Assembly: GCA_964420295.1 (NCBI GenBank)
Contig: CAYQST010000003.1
Coordinates: 104,759-168,758 of the forward strand
Origin: an uncultured Chromatiales bacterium
Lineage (GTDB): Bacteria; Bacteroidota; Ignavibacteria; SZUA-365; CAYQST01
DNA: 64,000 bases
Direction of reading: 5' to 3'
The notes beneath the pieces were generated by a model. That model ran no database searches. It worked only from the letters and a program-made list of their open reading frames with translations, and was not told the DNA's origin. Of the stretch, positions 19,448-28,590 are shown piece by piece. The position numbers and the translations under genes are program-made. Each line of letters opens with the position of its first letter. Positions within the stretch are counted from its first letter, which is position 1.

Positions 19448-20047
19448 ATGGGCTCCAGCGTCTTGATTGACCTCATGGGATCCATCGTCATCGGTGGATT
19501 TCTCCTGCTTTCCATTGTCCAGCTCTTCTCGGACGCCACCACAAGCTCCTATCTCTACAACGATGACGTCATTGTGGAGGGGAACCTCGTGGAGGTGGGA
19601 CAGCTTCTTGAACACGATTTTCGAAAAATTGGCTTTTGCAGCAATCCGGATAATTTCACCGATCCCAGCAAGGCAATCATCTTCGCGGACTCGAATCGGA
19701 TTCGTTTCCTCTCCGATATGAATCGGGATGGGAACATGGACACGGTGAAATACTATCTCGGCACGACCACAGAACTGTCATCCACCCCCAATCCCCGGGA
19801 TCGCAAGCTCTATCGGGTCATCAACAGTGAAACGCCGGGTGGAGCGAACCTGGGCGTCACGTCCTTTTCTCTTCGATACTACAACTCTCTAGGCCAGCTT
19901 CTCACTTTTCCTATATCGACTCCCAGTGAGATCCGATCCATCGAGGTGGCGATTTCCGTGGAAAGCGTGGCCTCCATGGACCAGCAATACCGAAAGGCAT
20001 ATTGGAGACAGATTCGACTCGCGGCACGGAACCTCAGTAATCGATAG
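19448..20047 (+). CDS. Pseudopilin-like protein (GspJ/PilW/TadE-like candidate)
   Basis: 199 aa. N-terminus MGSSVLIDLMGSIVIGGFLLLSIVQLF resembles a prepilin/TadE_N hydrophobic segment, with Asp at +6 instead of Glu5. The body (KYYLGTTT...LYRVINSE...GVTSFSLRYYNSLG...IRSIEVAISVE) follows a PilW/GspJ-like pattern. Confidence 0.55.
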   Translation: MGSSVLIDLMGSIVIGGFLLLSIVQLFSDATTSSYLYNDDVIVEGNLVEVGQLLEHDFRKIGFCSNPDNFTDPSKAIIFADSNRIRFLSDMNRDGNMDTVKYYLGTTTELSSTPNPRDRKLYRVINSETPGGANLGVTSFSLRYYNSLGQLLTFPISTPSEIRSIEVAISVESVASMDQQYRKAYWRQIRLAARNLSNR

Positions 20048-20055
20048 GAGGAGAC

Positions 20056-21261
20056 ATGGGTGGAAAGGCGTCTATCCTGCTTGTGTCCGGATTCAGCATC
20101 ATATTCCTCGTTATTGGAATGAATTACGTGCATCTCGGCGGCCTATCGGACGAGAAATACGTGTCCTATGATATCAAGACCAATTCACACACCATCGCCG
20201 TGAGTGGCGCGAACATGGCGGCAGGGGAAATTTACCAGAATTCAGGTTGGAGAACCGGGTACAATCAGGCGCTGATGGGAGGATGGCTCCGACTGTCGAT
20301 GACCGCTCTCTCAACGGAGCGATTGTATTTGCAGTCCGTGGGGATCTTCCAGCAAGATACCAGCATTGTGAACATCCTCTTCCAAGCCAGCACCTTCTCC
20401 AAATTCGCCTACTATGTCAACCAGATGCCCTCTACAAAGTACTTTACCTCGGGAGATACGATTTATGGCCCTCTTCATGCCAATGGACGCCTCAATGTCT
20501 CCTACAGTCCGGTATTTCAAGGCAAGGTGACGACCCTCTCCGGCTTGAAGATGAGTCCTTCGAATTCCACTCCAAAATTCAACGGAGGATATCAGCAGGG
20601 CGTGAATATCCCCCTGCCGTCCACTTCCGCAGATCTTCGATCCGCAGCCCTTGCAGGAGGTCGATACTATTATGATCGCGATGTATGGCTCACCTTCAAT
20701 GCCGATGCCACGGTGACCTACAAAATTGGCAGCACGGGCACCTGGATTACCGAAACTCTCGCTTCCTTTGCTCCAAATTCCATTATTTACGTGGATAAGG
20801 GGAATCTGCATATCAAAGGCACTGTGAATGGCCAGTATACGGTTGCTGCCTCCGGAAGCTCAGGCCTGGGACTGGGAAATGTCTACCTGGATGACGATCT
20901 GGTGTACCGGACGGACCCGTTGATGGGATCATGCTCGGATCTTCTCGGGGTCGTCGCTGACAACAACGTGATCATTGCCGATCAGCTCGCCAATAAAACG
21001 GACATCAATATCATGGCCTCCCTCATGTGTCTTAATGGAGGCTTGATGGCCGAAGACTACCAGCATATCCCTCTCTGCGGAGCAATTCGGCTCACAGGAG
21101 GACTTATCGAAAGCATGTCTCAGCCCGTGAACAGAATGTCCGGCACCACCATGGTTGGGGGCTACAACCAAATTCTGAAATACGACGAAAGACTGTTGAA
21201 ACTCGCCCCTCCCCTCTTTCCAAAAACCGGCGCTTTTGAAATTCTTTCATGGTGGGAGTAA
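20056..21261 (+). CDS. Large pseudopilin-like protein (GspK/PilX_N/TadG-like candidate), paralog A
   Basis: 401 aa. Strong AGGAGGA SD. N-terminal anchor MGGKASILLVSGFSIIFLVIG with no acidic residue. ~55% identical to the downstream paralog. Conserved MCL(N/K)GG...AEDYQHI.LCG and C-terminal KYDERLL...FPKTG..EILSWWE. Confidence 0.65.
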   Translation: MGGKASILLVSGFSIIFLVIGMNYVHLGGLSDEKYVSYDIKTNSHTIAVSGANMAAGEIYQNSGWRTGYNQALMGGWLRLSMTALSTERLYLQSVGIFQQDTSIVNILFQASTFSKFAYYVNQMPSTKYFTSGDTIYGPLHANGRLNVSYSPVFQGKVTTLSGLKMSPSNSTPKFNGGYQQGVNIPLPSTSADLRSAALAGGRYYYDRDVWLTFNADATVTYKIGSTGTWITETLASFAPNSIIYVDKGNLHIKGTVNGQYTVAASGSSGLGLGNVYLDDDLVYRTDPLMGSCSDLLGVVADNNVIIADQLANKTDINIMASLMCLNGGLMAEDYQHIPLCGAIRLTGGLIESMSQPVNRMSGTTMVGGYNQILKYDERLLKLAPPLFPKTGAFEILSWWE

Positions 21262-21393
21262 GGAATGGCCACCCGGTTGAAGCATTTGCCATCCGTCCCC
21301 CAGTTTTCGATGTTTTCTTCTTTGAAGTACCGAAATTAGTGGCGTATTTGCTTCTGCGTTCTACGCTGAACTCATTCGATTCGGAGTGTCCCC

Positions 21394-22599
21394 ATGGGCG
21401 GAAGAGCAGCCTTATTTCTTGTTGCCGGTTTCAGTATCGTCATGTTGACGATTGGCATGAATTACGTGAGAGTCGCGGGGCTTGCGGAGGATAAGTACTC
21501 CGAGTACTTTCTCAACACCCAGGCACATGCCATCGCCGTTAGTGGCGCCAATATGGCCGCCAACGAGATATTCATCAGTCCCGCCTGGAATGCGGGATAT
21601 AACGTGAACATGATGGGCGGAAAGCTGATCGCCACCGTGCAGGCCCTGGCGGCGAATCGCATCCAGCTCACCTCGATCGGCATTTACAACACGGATACCG
21701 CGATTGTACGCGTAGTATTTCAACCGAGCAGTTTCGCGAAATTCGCGTACTATATCGATCAGATGCCCTCCAATCTCTATTTCGCGACGGGGGATACGGT
21801 GTGGGGACCGCTACACGCCAATGGTCGGCTCAACGTGGCCTACTCTCCGGTGTTTAACGGAAAAGTGACGACTCAGTCCGGCTTGAAGAAGAGTCCGTCC
21901 TACTCCACGCCGAAGTTCAATGGAGGATATCAGACCGGCATCTCCATTCCCATGCCCACGACGACGAACGACCTGAAATCCCTCGCTCAGAGCGGAGGCC
22001 AGTACATCTATGACAAGGAAGTGTGGGTGACCTTCAACGCCAACGGCACCGTGACGTACAAGCTCGGTTCGACCGGGACCTGGATGACCACCAGTGCCAG
22101 TGCCTTGATGCCCAATGGTGTCCTGTATGTAGAAAAAGGCAACATGCATATCAAGGGCACGGTGAGCGGGCAATACACCATTTGTTGCATGGGAAGCTCT
22201 GGTTATGGACTCGGCAACGTTTTCTTGGATGACAACATCGTCTACAAGGTCGATCCGAAAACACCCGGAGCAACAGACATGCTCGGCATCGTGACCGAGA
22301 ACAATGTGTACATCGCTGACACCGCCCCAAACAAGAGCGATATCGTGATCAATGCTTCCATGATGTGCCTCAAGGGTGGGTTCGCGGCCGAGGATTATCA
22401 GCACATCGGACTGTGCGGTACGAGCTACATCACGGGGGGTATCATCGAAAAGATTTCTCAGACTACCGGTCAGATTTCTCAAGGGCAACTCACGAGCGGG
22501 TATCGGTTGAATCTCAAGTATGACGAGCGGTTCCTCGTCGATACTCCACCCTTCTTCCCGAAGACGGGCAGCTACGAAATTCTGTCGTGGTGGGAGTAG
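21394..22599 (+). CDS. Large pseudopilin-like protein, paralog B
   Basis: 401 aa. Same length, architecture and C-terminal EILSWWE motif as paralog A; a tandem duplication. Confidence 0.65.
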   Translation: MGGRAALFLVAGFSIVMLTIGMNYVRVAGLAEDKYSEYFLNTQAHAIAVSGANMAANEIFISPAWNAGYNVNMMGGKLIATVQALAANRIQLTSIGIYNTDTAIVRVVFQPSSFAKFAYYIDQMPSNLYFATGDTVWGPLHANGRLNVAYSPVFNGKVTTQSGLKKSPSYSTPKFNGGYQTGISIPMPTTTNDLKSLAQSGGQYIYDKEVWVTFNANGTVTYKLGSTGTWMTTSASALMPNGVLYVEKGNMHIKGTVSGQYTICCMGSSGYGLGNVFLDDNIVYKVDPKTPGATDMLGIVTENNVYIADTAPNKSDIVINASMMCLKGGFAAEDYQHIGLCGTSYITGGIIEKISQTTGQISQGQLTSGYRLNLKYDERFLVDTPPFFPKTGSYEILSWWE

Positions 22600-22635
22600 A
22601 AGACCTTTCTCACTGCTCGATGGATGAACCGTTAA

Positions 22636-22665
22636 GCGCGCTCATGGACCATGAGCGCGTTTTTC
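22636..22665 (+). terminator. Rho-independent terminator closing the island operon
   Basis: Palindrome cgcgctcatgg-a-ccatgagcgcg (11-bp arms) followed by TTTTT. Confidence 0.7.
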
Positions 22666-22701
22666 GTATGTTGCGCTCTCCCCCATTTGCCGTGGATCAC
22701 G

Positions 22702-23445
22702 ATGTTTTCCGATCGACTTCTCAGTGCTTTGGTCCATGCCGACCATGTGGCGGTGCTCACGGGCGCCGGTATTTCGGCGGAAAGTGGCATTCCCACCTTT
22801 CGCGATCCCGATGGGCTTTGGGCCCGCTTTCGCCCGGAGGAACTTGCCAACGTGGATGCCTTCCTGACCAATCCCGACCTGGTCTGGCAGTGGTATTCCT
22901 ATCGGCGTCAGGTCATTTCGGATACTGCTCCTAACGCCGGGCACTTCGCCCTGGCGGAGCTTTCCTCTCTTCTCCCTCGCCTCACCCTCATCACGCAAAA
23001 CGTGGACAATCTCCATGCGAGAGCCGGAAGCAGAGATGTTCTGGAGCTGCACGGCAATATCGAACGGAGCTTCTGTCTCTCCTGTCGCCGGGCCTACACC
23101 GATGTAGAGGTTCCCCCGTCTCAGGAGGTCCCACGCTGTGCCTGCGGCGGCCTGATTCGACCCGATGTGGTGTGGTTTGGAGAAATGCTCCCCGCCGATA
23201 TTCTCCGCTCCGCCTGGGAAGCCGCCGAACAGTGCTCGGTGTTCTTCAGCATCGGAACCTCGGGCGAAGTGTATCCCGCCGCACAGCTCCCTGTCGTCGC
23301 GAGAGAGCATGGGGCATGGGTTGTGGAAGTCAATCCCCGCGAAACTGCCCTCTCCTATCGCATGCATGAGTGCATTCACGGCAATTCAGCAACGGTGCTT
23401 CCCGCTCTGGTCGATCACCTCCGTCCCCTTCTCACCACAGGCTAG
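22702..23445 (+). CDS. cobB: NAD-dependent protein deacylase (Sir2 family)
   Basis: Sir2 motifs (VLTGAGISAESGIPTFRD, zinc ribbon CxxC...CxxC, FGE..P). The start is taken at MFSDRLL so the gene does not run into the upstream terminator. The track ORF begins at 22651. Confidence 0.8.
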   Translation: MFSDRLLSALVHADHVAVLTGAGISAESGIPTFRDPDGLWARFRPEELANVDAFLTNPDLVWQWYSYRRQVISDTAPNAGHFALAELSSLLPRLTLITQNVDNLHARAGSRDVLELHGNIERSFCLSCRRAYTDVEVPPSQEVPRCACGGLIRPDVVWFGEMLPADILRSAWEAAEQCSVFFSIGTSGEVYPAAQLPVVAREHGAWVVEVNPRETALSYRMHECIHGNSATVLPALVDHLRPLLTTG

Positions 23446-23449
23446 CTTC

Positions 23450-24886
23450 ATGAGCACACGACGCACGAAAATCATCTGCACGATCGGTCCCGCCTCGGCA
23501 GGACGGGATCAACTCATTCGCCTGATCGACGCAGGAATGAACGGCGCTCGACTCAATTTCTCCCATGGCGATTACCCGACACATGCGCGGATGATCGAGG
23601 AAATCCGAGAGGCTGCCGAGGCCACCGGTCAACCTGTGGCCATCCTTCAGGATCTGCAGGGTCCGAAGATTCGCACCGGCGCCGTGTCGGAGGGGCAGGT
23701 GCTTCTGGAAGACGGAGCCGAATTCCGCATCACAACCGCTCCCCTGCCCATCGGCGATGCGCATCGTGTCGGGACCACCTATGGTCCTCTTGTCGAAGAA
23801 GTTCGTCCCGGCTCCACCATCCTGCTCGACGATGGCTACATCATTCTTGGGGTGGAACGCATCGATGGACAGGATCTGGTGACCCGCGTCCAAAAGGGTG
23901 GATGGCTCAAGAACAACAAGGGTATCATCGCACCGGGGGCCTCGTTGAGCGCCCCCAGCATGAGTGACAAGGATCTGGAGGACCTGCGGTTCGGGCTCGA
24001 GCACGGAATCGACGCAGTGGCGCTTTCCTTCGTGCGCAGCGAACGGGACATCATTGAACTCCGCTCGACCATGCGCGTTCTCGGCGTATCGGTGCCTGTG
24101 ATTGCCAAGATCGAGCGCTACGAGGGGTATGAGGACATCGACGACATCATCCGCGAGGCGGATGGAATCATGGTGGCGAGAGGAGATTTAGGACTCGAAA
24201 TGCCCGCCGAGTCCGTGCCGGTGCTTCAAAAGGACATCATCCGCCGATGCAACGCGCATGGGAAACCCGTGATCACCGCCACCCAGATGTTGGAGTCCAT
24301 GATCTCCAATCCCCGGCCTACCCGGGCCGAGGCCAGTGATGTCGCCAACGCGGTGTTGGACGGCACCGACTGCGTGATGCTCAGCGGAGAGACCAGCGTC
24401 GGCCGCTATCCGATTGAAGCGGTCGGATATATGGACCGCATCATTCGGCATGTGGAATCCCGGTATCCCTCGGTGCGTGTCCCAACCGAAGGCGCCGAGG
24501 ATGAACGCCAGCGCATCGCAGACGGAATCGGAAAGGCCGCCTGCATCGTGGCCGAAACCATCGATGCCTCGGCCATCGTAACCCTAACACGGAGTGGAAG
24601 CACAGCCCGGGTCATCGCAAAGCATCGACCCGAAAAGCCCATTCTCGCGCTGACCGACTCCATCGATACCTATCGTCGCCTCGCGCTGGTCTGGGGCATT
24701 CGTCCCGTACTGATTCCGCCCCTCGAAGGTGAGGAACGCAGCATCCCCGCCATCGGGGCTCTGGTGGCGGATCAAGGGATCCTGGAACCGGGGACCCTGA
24801 TCGTGCTAACCACCGGTATCCCTCTGGAGCCCAAAGTGCCAACGAATACCATCCACGTACAGCACATCGAGCGACCGTCCGACTGA
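23450..24886 (+). CDS. pyk: Pyruvate kinase
   Basis: 478 aa starting MSTRRTKIICTIGPAS. PK motifs throughout. The track shows an N-terminally extended alt-start ORF from 23165. Confidence 0.9.
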   Translation: MSTRRTKIICTIGPASAGRDQLIRLIDAGMNGARLNFSHGDYPTHARMIEEIREAAEATGQPVAILQDLQGPKIRTGAVSEGQVLLEDGAEFRITTAPLPIGDAHRVGTTYGPLVEEVRPGSTILLDDGYIILGVERIDGQDLVTRVQKGGWLKNNKGIIAPGASLSAPSMSDKDLEDLRFGLEHGIDAVALSFVRSERDIIELRSTMRVLGVSVPVIAKIERYEGYEDIDDIIREADGIMVARGDLGLEMPAESVPVLQKDIIRRCNAHGKPVITATQMLESMISNPRPTRAEASDVANAVLDGTDCVMLSGETSVGRYPIEAVGYMDRIIRHVESRYPSVRVPTEGAEDERQRIADGIGKAACIVAETIDASAIVTLTRSGSTARVIAKHRPEKPILALTDSIDTYRRLALVWGIRPVLIPPLEGEERSIPAIGALVADQGILEPGTLIVLTTGIPLEPKVPTNTIHVQHIERPSD

Positions 24887-24990
24887 GCCTCATGGTAGTG
24901 ACGGAAAATATTCGTACCTTTTTTCTCTTTCCTTGATTGGAAAGTCCCTGACGTTCGAATATCCGTGTTGTTCATAGAAAGAGGTTCTTC

Positions 24991-26535
24991 ATGTCACTCA
25001 AAGACAAAATCCTCGAACTCTTCCGACGCAAGGCCACGGTGGTCACCGGCGGCGGAGAAAAAGCCATCGAGAAGCAGGTCGCCATGGGCAAGATGACAGC
25101 CCGTGATCGCATCAAGACGCTGCTGGATCAGAATTCCTTTCACGAGTACGATCTGTTTGTCGAGCACAAGTGTCAGGACTTCGACATGGATAAGAAGTCC
25201 CTCGCCGCCGATGGTGTGATCACGGGCACAGGGACGATCCACGGGCATCCGGTGTGTATCTACGCACAGGACTTCACCGTCGCGGGCGGATCGCTGGGGC
25301 TGGCTCATGCACGTAAGATCACGAAGATCATGGATCATGCCCTGAAAATGGGGATGCCGCTGATTGGGATCAACGACAGTGGCGGGGCGCGCATTCAGGA
25401 AGGGGTGAATTCCCTGGCTGGATATGGGGAAATCTTTTACAGGAATACCTTGGCTTCCGGTGTCATTCCTCAGATTTCGGTCATCCTCGGACCCTGCGCC
25501 GGCGGTGCGGTATACTCACCGGCTCTGACGGATTTCGTGTTCGTGGTGGATAAAATTTCGAAGATGTTCATCACGGGTCCCGAGGTGATCAAGACGGTCC
25601 TTGGCGAAGAGATCAGCATGGAGGAACTCGGCGGAGCGCGAGTCCATACGGAGATCACCGGTAACGCGCACTTTTTTGCGTCGAGTGAAATCGAATGCCT
25701 CGAGCAGATCAAGAAGCTGGTCACCTACATCCCCTGGAACAACCGCAAGGTGGCCGACCCCTTTCCGAGCAAGCCACCGAAACCATCCTTCGACATCGAG
25801 AACATGATCCCCCCCGAACACACCCAGCCCTACGATATTCGCAATATCATACGGTCGGTGAGTGACGATTCGGATTTCTTCGAGATTCAGGAATTCTGGG
25901 CCGCCAATATCGTCATAGGATTTGCCCGACTGAATGGTTACACCGTGGGTATTGTGGGCAATCAGCCCCTGGTGCTCGCCGGAGTATTGGACGTGGATTC
26001 CTCCGATAAGGCTGCCCGGTTCATTCGTTTTTGCGATGCGTTCAACATTCCGCTCATCACTCTGGTGGATCTTCCCGGATACCTGCCGGGGGTCGATCAG
26101 GAGCATGCCGGTGTCATCCGTCACGGTGCAAAAATTCTGTATGCCTACAGCGAGGCGACCGTTCCGAAAATCACGGTCATTCTCCGTAAGGCCTATGGAG
26201 GCGGATATATCGCCATGTGTTCCCGTCATCTCGGCGCTGATTTCGTGTTCGCCTGGCCCACGGCAGAAATAGCGGTGATGGGACCGGAAGGAGCCGCCAA
26301 CATTATCTTCCGCGCAGAAATCGCCGGAGCCGATGATCCGGACTCCATGCGCAAAGCCAAGGTGCAGGAATACACCGAGAAGTTTGCCAATCCTTATATC
26401 GCTGCGGCCAATGGTCACGTGGACGCCGTCATCCGTCCCGCCGAAACGCGTGATTTCCTGATTCACGCCATCGATGTTTCGAAGCTTAAAAACGAATCCC
26501 GTCCACAAAAGAAACACGGCATCCCGCCGTTCTAG
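24991..26535 (+). CDS. Acyl-CoA carboxylase carboxyltransferase subunit (propionyl-CoA carboxylase beta / methylmalonyl-CoA decarboxylase alpha-like)
   Basis: 514 aa. Carboxyl transferase N- and C-domains (GGGEKAIEKQ, GINDSGGARIQEG, PKITVILRKAYGGGYIAM). Confidence 0.85.
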   Translation: MSLKDKILELFRRKATVVTGGGEKAIEKQVAMGKMTARDRIKTLLDQNSFHEYDLFVEHKCQDFDMDKKSLAADGVITGTGTIHGHPVCIYAQDFTVAGGSLGLAHARKITKIMDHALKMGMPLIGINDSGGARIQEGVNSLAGYGEIFYRNTLASGVIPQISVILGPCAGGAVYSPALTDFVFVVDKISKMFITGPEVIKTVLGEEISMEELGGARVHTEITGNAHFFASSEIECLEQIKKLVTYIPWNNRKVADPFPSKPPKPSFDIENMIPPEHTQPYDIRNIIRSVSDDSDFFEIQEFWAANIVIGFARLNGYTVGIVGNQPLVLAGVLDVDSSDKAARFIRFCDAFNIPLITLVDLPGYLPGVDQEHAGVIRHGAKILYAYSEATVPKITVILRKAYGGGYIAMCSRHLGADFVFAWPTAEIAVMGPEGAANIIFRAEIAGADDPDSMRKAKVQEYTEKFANPYIAAANGHVDAVIRPAETRDFLIHAIDVSKLKNESRPQKKHGIPPF

Positions 26536-26541
26536 GTCATC

Positions 26542-26865
26542 ATGAACGATACCCCCTCTTCTCCGAATGAGTATCTCGTCGTCGATGACACGAAGTACTC
26601 CACGCTCCACACGACAAAATTCCGCCGCCGATCGCGGTACACTCCCAAGGATCCCAAGAAGCTTCTCGCTTTCATTCCCGGCATCATCCGGGTGATTTCA
26701 GTGCGCCCGGGACAGAAGGTGTCGCGAGGACAGAGTCTCCTCATTCTGGAAGCGATGAAAATGAAGAACGACGTGACCGCCCCTCTCGACGGTACGGTGC
26801 GTACGGTGAACGTCGCAGTGGGAGACATGGTCACGAAGAATCACCTTCTCATCGAATTCGAGTAA
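26542..26865 (+). CDS. Biotin carboxyl carrier (biotinyl-domain) subunit
   Basis: 107 aa with the EAMKM biotin-attachment motif near the C-terminus. Confidence 0.7.
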   Translation: MNDTPSSPNEYLVVDDTKYSTLHTTKFRRRSRYTPKDPKKLLAFIPGIIRVISVRPGQKVSRGQSLLILEAMKMKNDVTAPLDGTVRTVNVAVGDMVTKNHLLIEFE

Positions 26866-26882
26866 GGTTCGACATCATGCTG

Positions 26883-26920
26883 CGCGGTCCTTCGCCGATG
26901 GTGGAGGACCGCGTTTCTAT
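26883..26920. terminator. Bidirectional hairpin terminator between convergent genes
   Basis: cgcggtcct...aggaccgcg 9-bp stem, then tttctattc. Confidence 0.55.
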
Positions 26921-28536
26921 TCCCGAAACCGGATGCAATACAGCGAATGGCCGCGGGTCGCGAGCACGGCCGTTCGTTCGAACACCGCCGGGCTGGCTTC
27001 GACCAAGCCATCCAGGGCCATGCGATCGATCACGTGTCCGCTTCGCGCTTCCACCAGAAGGAGAAGTCCTCCGCTGGTGGCATGGAGCAGATAGCTGCGC
27101 CCTGAGCGGGTGACGACACAGGTGGGCGTCGACCAGGAGTATTGCGAGAGAGGAAGACGCCAGACCTCGGATCCCGTGTGTGCATCCAGCGCAAGCAGAA
27201 GCCCTGCGTGCAGGCCGCCAGTGCGCGCCACCGAAAAAAAGACAAGGTGATCCGAATCACCCCGCCCCGCGCAGGGCGTGGCCAGAATCCCTCCATTCAC
27301 TGGTCGGGCGCCGATCACACTCCGACAGGGATAGGATCGCTCCCAGATCAGGGCGCCATCCCATCCTCCCACTTTCCGAATCCATGCCAGGCCGTCGCTT
27401 CCTTGATGATCCACTTCGGATGCCACAAAGAGCATGGGGCGTCCCTGTTCCTCGCGCACCAGCACCGATGCGTCGGTGTCGTCTCCGAGATTGCGCGTCC
27501 ACACCGGCAATCGCCGATTCACATCGAAGGCCTGCAGCCATCCCCCATTATCGGCGAAGAACAGCAGATTGCGCCAGGCGGCCAAGGAACCTTCCATCCC
27601 AAGCGATCGTGACGCATCGATGCGATACCGATACCGGGAAACCGAGGGCGACACTGCAAGAGTTCGTGACGAGAGGAGGCATTCGGTGTTCAATTTCAGA
27701 TTGTACAGGATTCCATTTTCTGACCCCACGAGGAGGCGATCGGTCCAGGGATGGAAGAGCGCGCTTCCATCACAGGCGGCCCAGGCCCTCCAGGCCGATC
27801 GATCGGCACCGGGTTGCATGAAGAGTTCGGAGCCGTCGAACAAGCTGTAGAGACGAAATCCCGGAGGGTCCCGCTTGCGGATGCCCTGGCCTACGAAAAG
27901 CAGGGGGATTCCAGAAGGGTGCACGGAGACCGAGCCCTTCACCGGATTCCCGAGATCGATTGGCGGGCGGGACGGCAGACCTGTCGCAAGATCGAGAAAG
28001 TGTATCCACCCCCCCAGGGTTGCCTGGATGATTTCGACAAAATCCGTCCTCGATCGGACGGATGGATCGAGGTTCATGGCCAACCGAAGGGAATCGGGCC
28101 AGCGGACAATGGCGGCTTGTCCGGTCCACCCTGCAACACCCTGCCAATGTCCGGTATCGGTAGGCAGGGTCTGCCTCCATGCCAGTGAGAGGCCGGTCAG
28201 CCGATCTTCACCGGCGGTGCCCCAGGCCGCTCCGTCGCGAAGGGGTCCCCCACGAAAGGTCAGTACTCCGGGTATCGAAGTATAAGGTCCCTGAAAAACC
28301 ACCTTCTCCGCATCGAATCGATTCGCCGAGTCTTCGAGATACTCCCAGGTCAATCCCGTCAGCCGCTCCCGCACCTGGGGTGGAAACACATCTCCCGTGG
28401 AGGAGTCGGGACGTACAGGAACACGTTTGGCCCGTGGAGGTACGGGATCACCTCCACAGGCCAAGAAAACCCAGGCCATCGAGAGTATAAAGAGCAGGGA
28501 GCGCATCGACCCCGGAGCTACACGAAATGATAGCAA
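26917..28536 (-). CDS. PQQ-like beta-propeller repeat lipoprotein
   Basis: 539 aa. Signal plus lipobox (VFLACGG). Repeated W/G beta-propeller blades. Confidence 0.6.
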   Translation of the reverse strand: MLSFRVAPGSMRSLLFILSMAWVFLACGGDPVPPRAKRVPVRPDSSTGDVFPPQVRERLTGLTWEYLEDSANRFDAEKVVFQGPYTSIPGVLTFRGGPLRDGAAWGTAGEDRLTGLSLAWRQTLPTDTGHWQGVAGWTGQAAIVRWPDSLRLAMNLDPSVRSRTDFVEIIQATLGGWIHFLDLATGLPSRPPIDLGNPVKGSVSVHPSGIPLLFVGQGIRKRDPPGFRLYSLFDGSELFMQPGADRSAWRAWAACDGSALFHPWTDRLLVGSENGILYNLKLNTECLLSSRTLAVSPSVSRYRYRIDASRSLGMEGSLAAWRNLLFFADNGGWLQAFDVNRRLPVWTRNLGDDTDASVLVREEQGRPMLFVASEVDHQGSDGLAWIRKVGGWDGALIWERSYPCRSVIGARPVNGGILATPCAGRGDSDHLVFFSVARTGGLHAGLLLALDAHTGSEVWRLPLSQYSWSTPTCVVTRSGRSYLLHATSGGLLLLVEARSGHVIDRMALDGLVEASPAVFERTAVLATRGHSLYCIRFRE

Positions 28537-28590
28537 CGCCGAGCGAAACTCGATACGAGGGACGCCATGCGAGCCGAAGAATGCCTCAAC

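Larger units (their letters stand above)
18720..22665 (+). other. Low-GC compositional island (~47-55% GC against ~62% background), bounded by tRNA-Val/terminator and a downstream terminator
   Basis: By-eye base composition and codon usage are AT-rich relative to the flanks. It sits at the 3' end of a tRNA. There is no integrase or att repeat, so it is not called a mobile element. Confidence 0.55.

Noticed and set aside
18720-22665. Prophage or integrative-element interpretation of the tRNA-Val-adjacent island
   Set aside because: There is no integrase, recombinase, direct repeat of the tRNA 3' end, or phage genes. Only composition and tRNA adjacency support foreign origin, so it is reported as a compositional island rather than a mobile element.
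23165-23449. N-terminal extension of pyruvate kinase ORF overlapping cobB
   Set aside because: The extension lies inside cobB in another frame. The canonical PK N-terminus MSTRRTKIICTIGP begins at 23450, right after the cobB stop.
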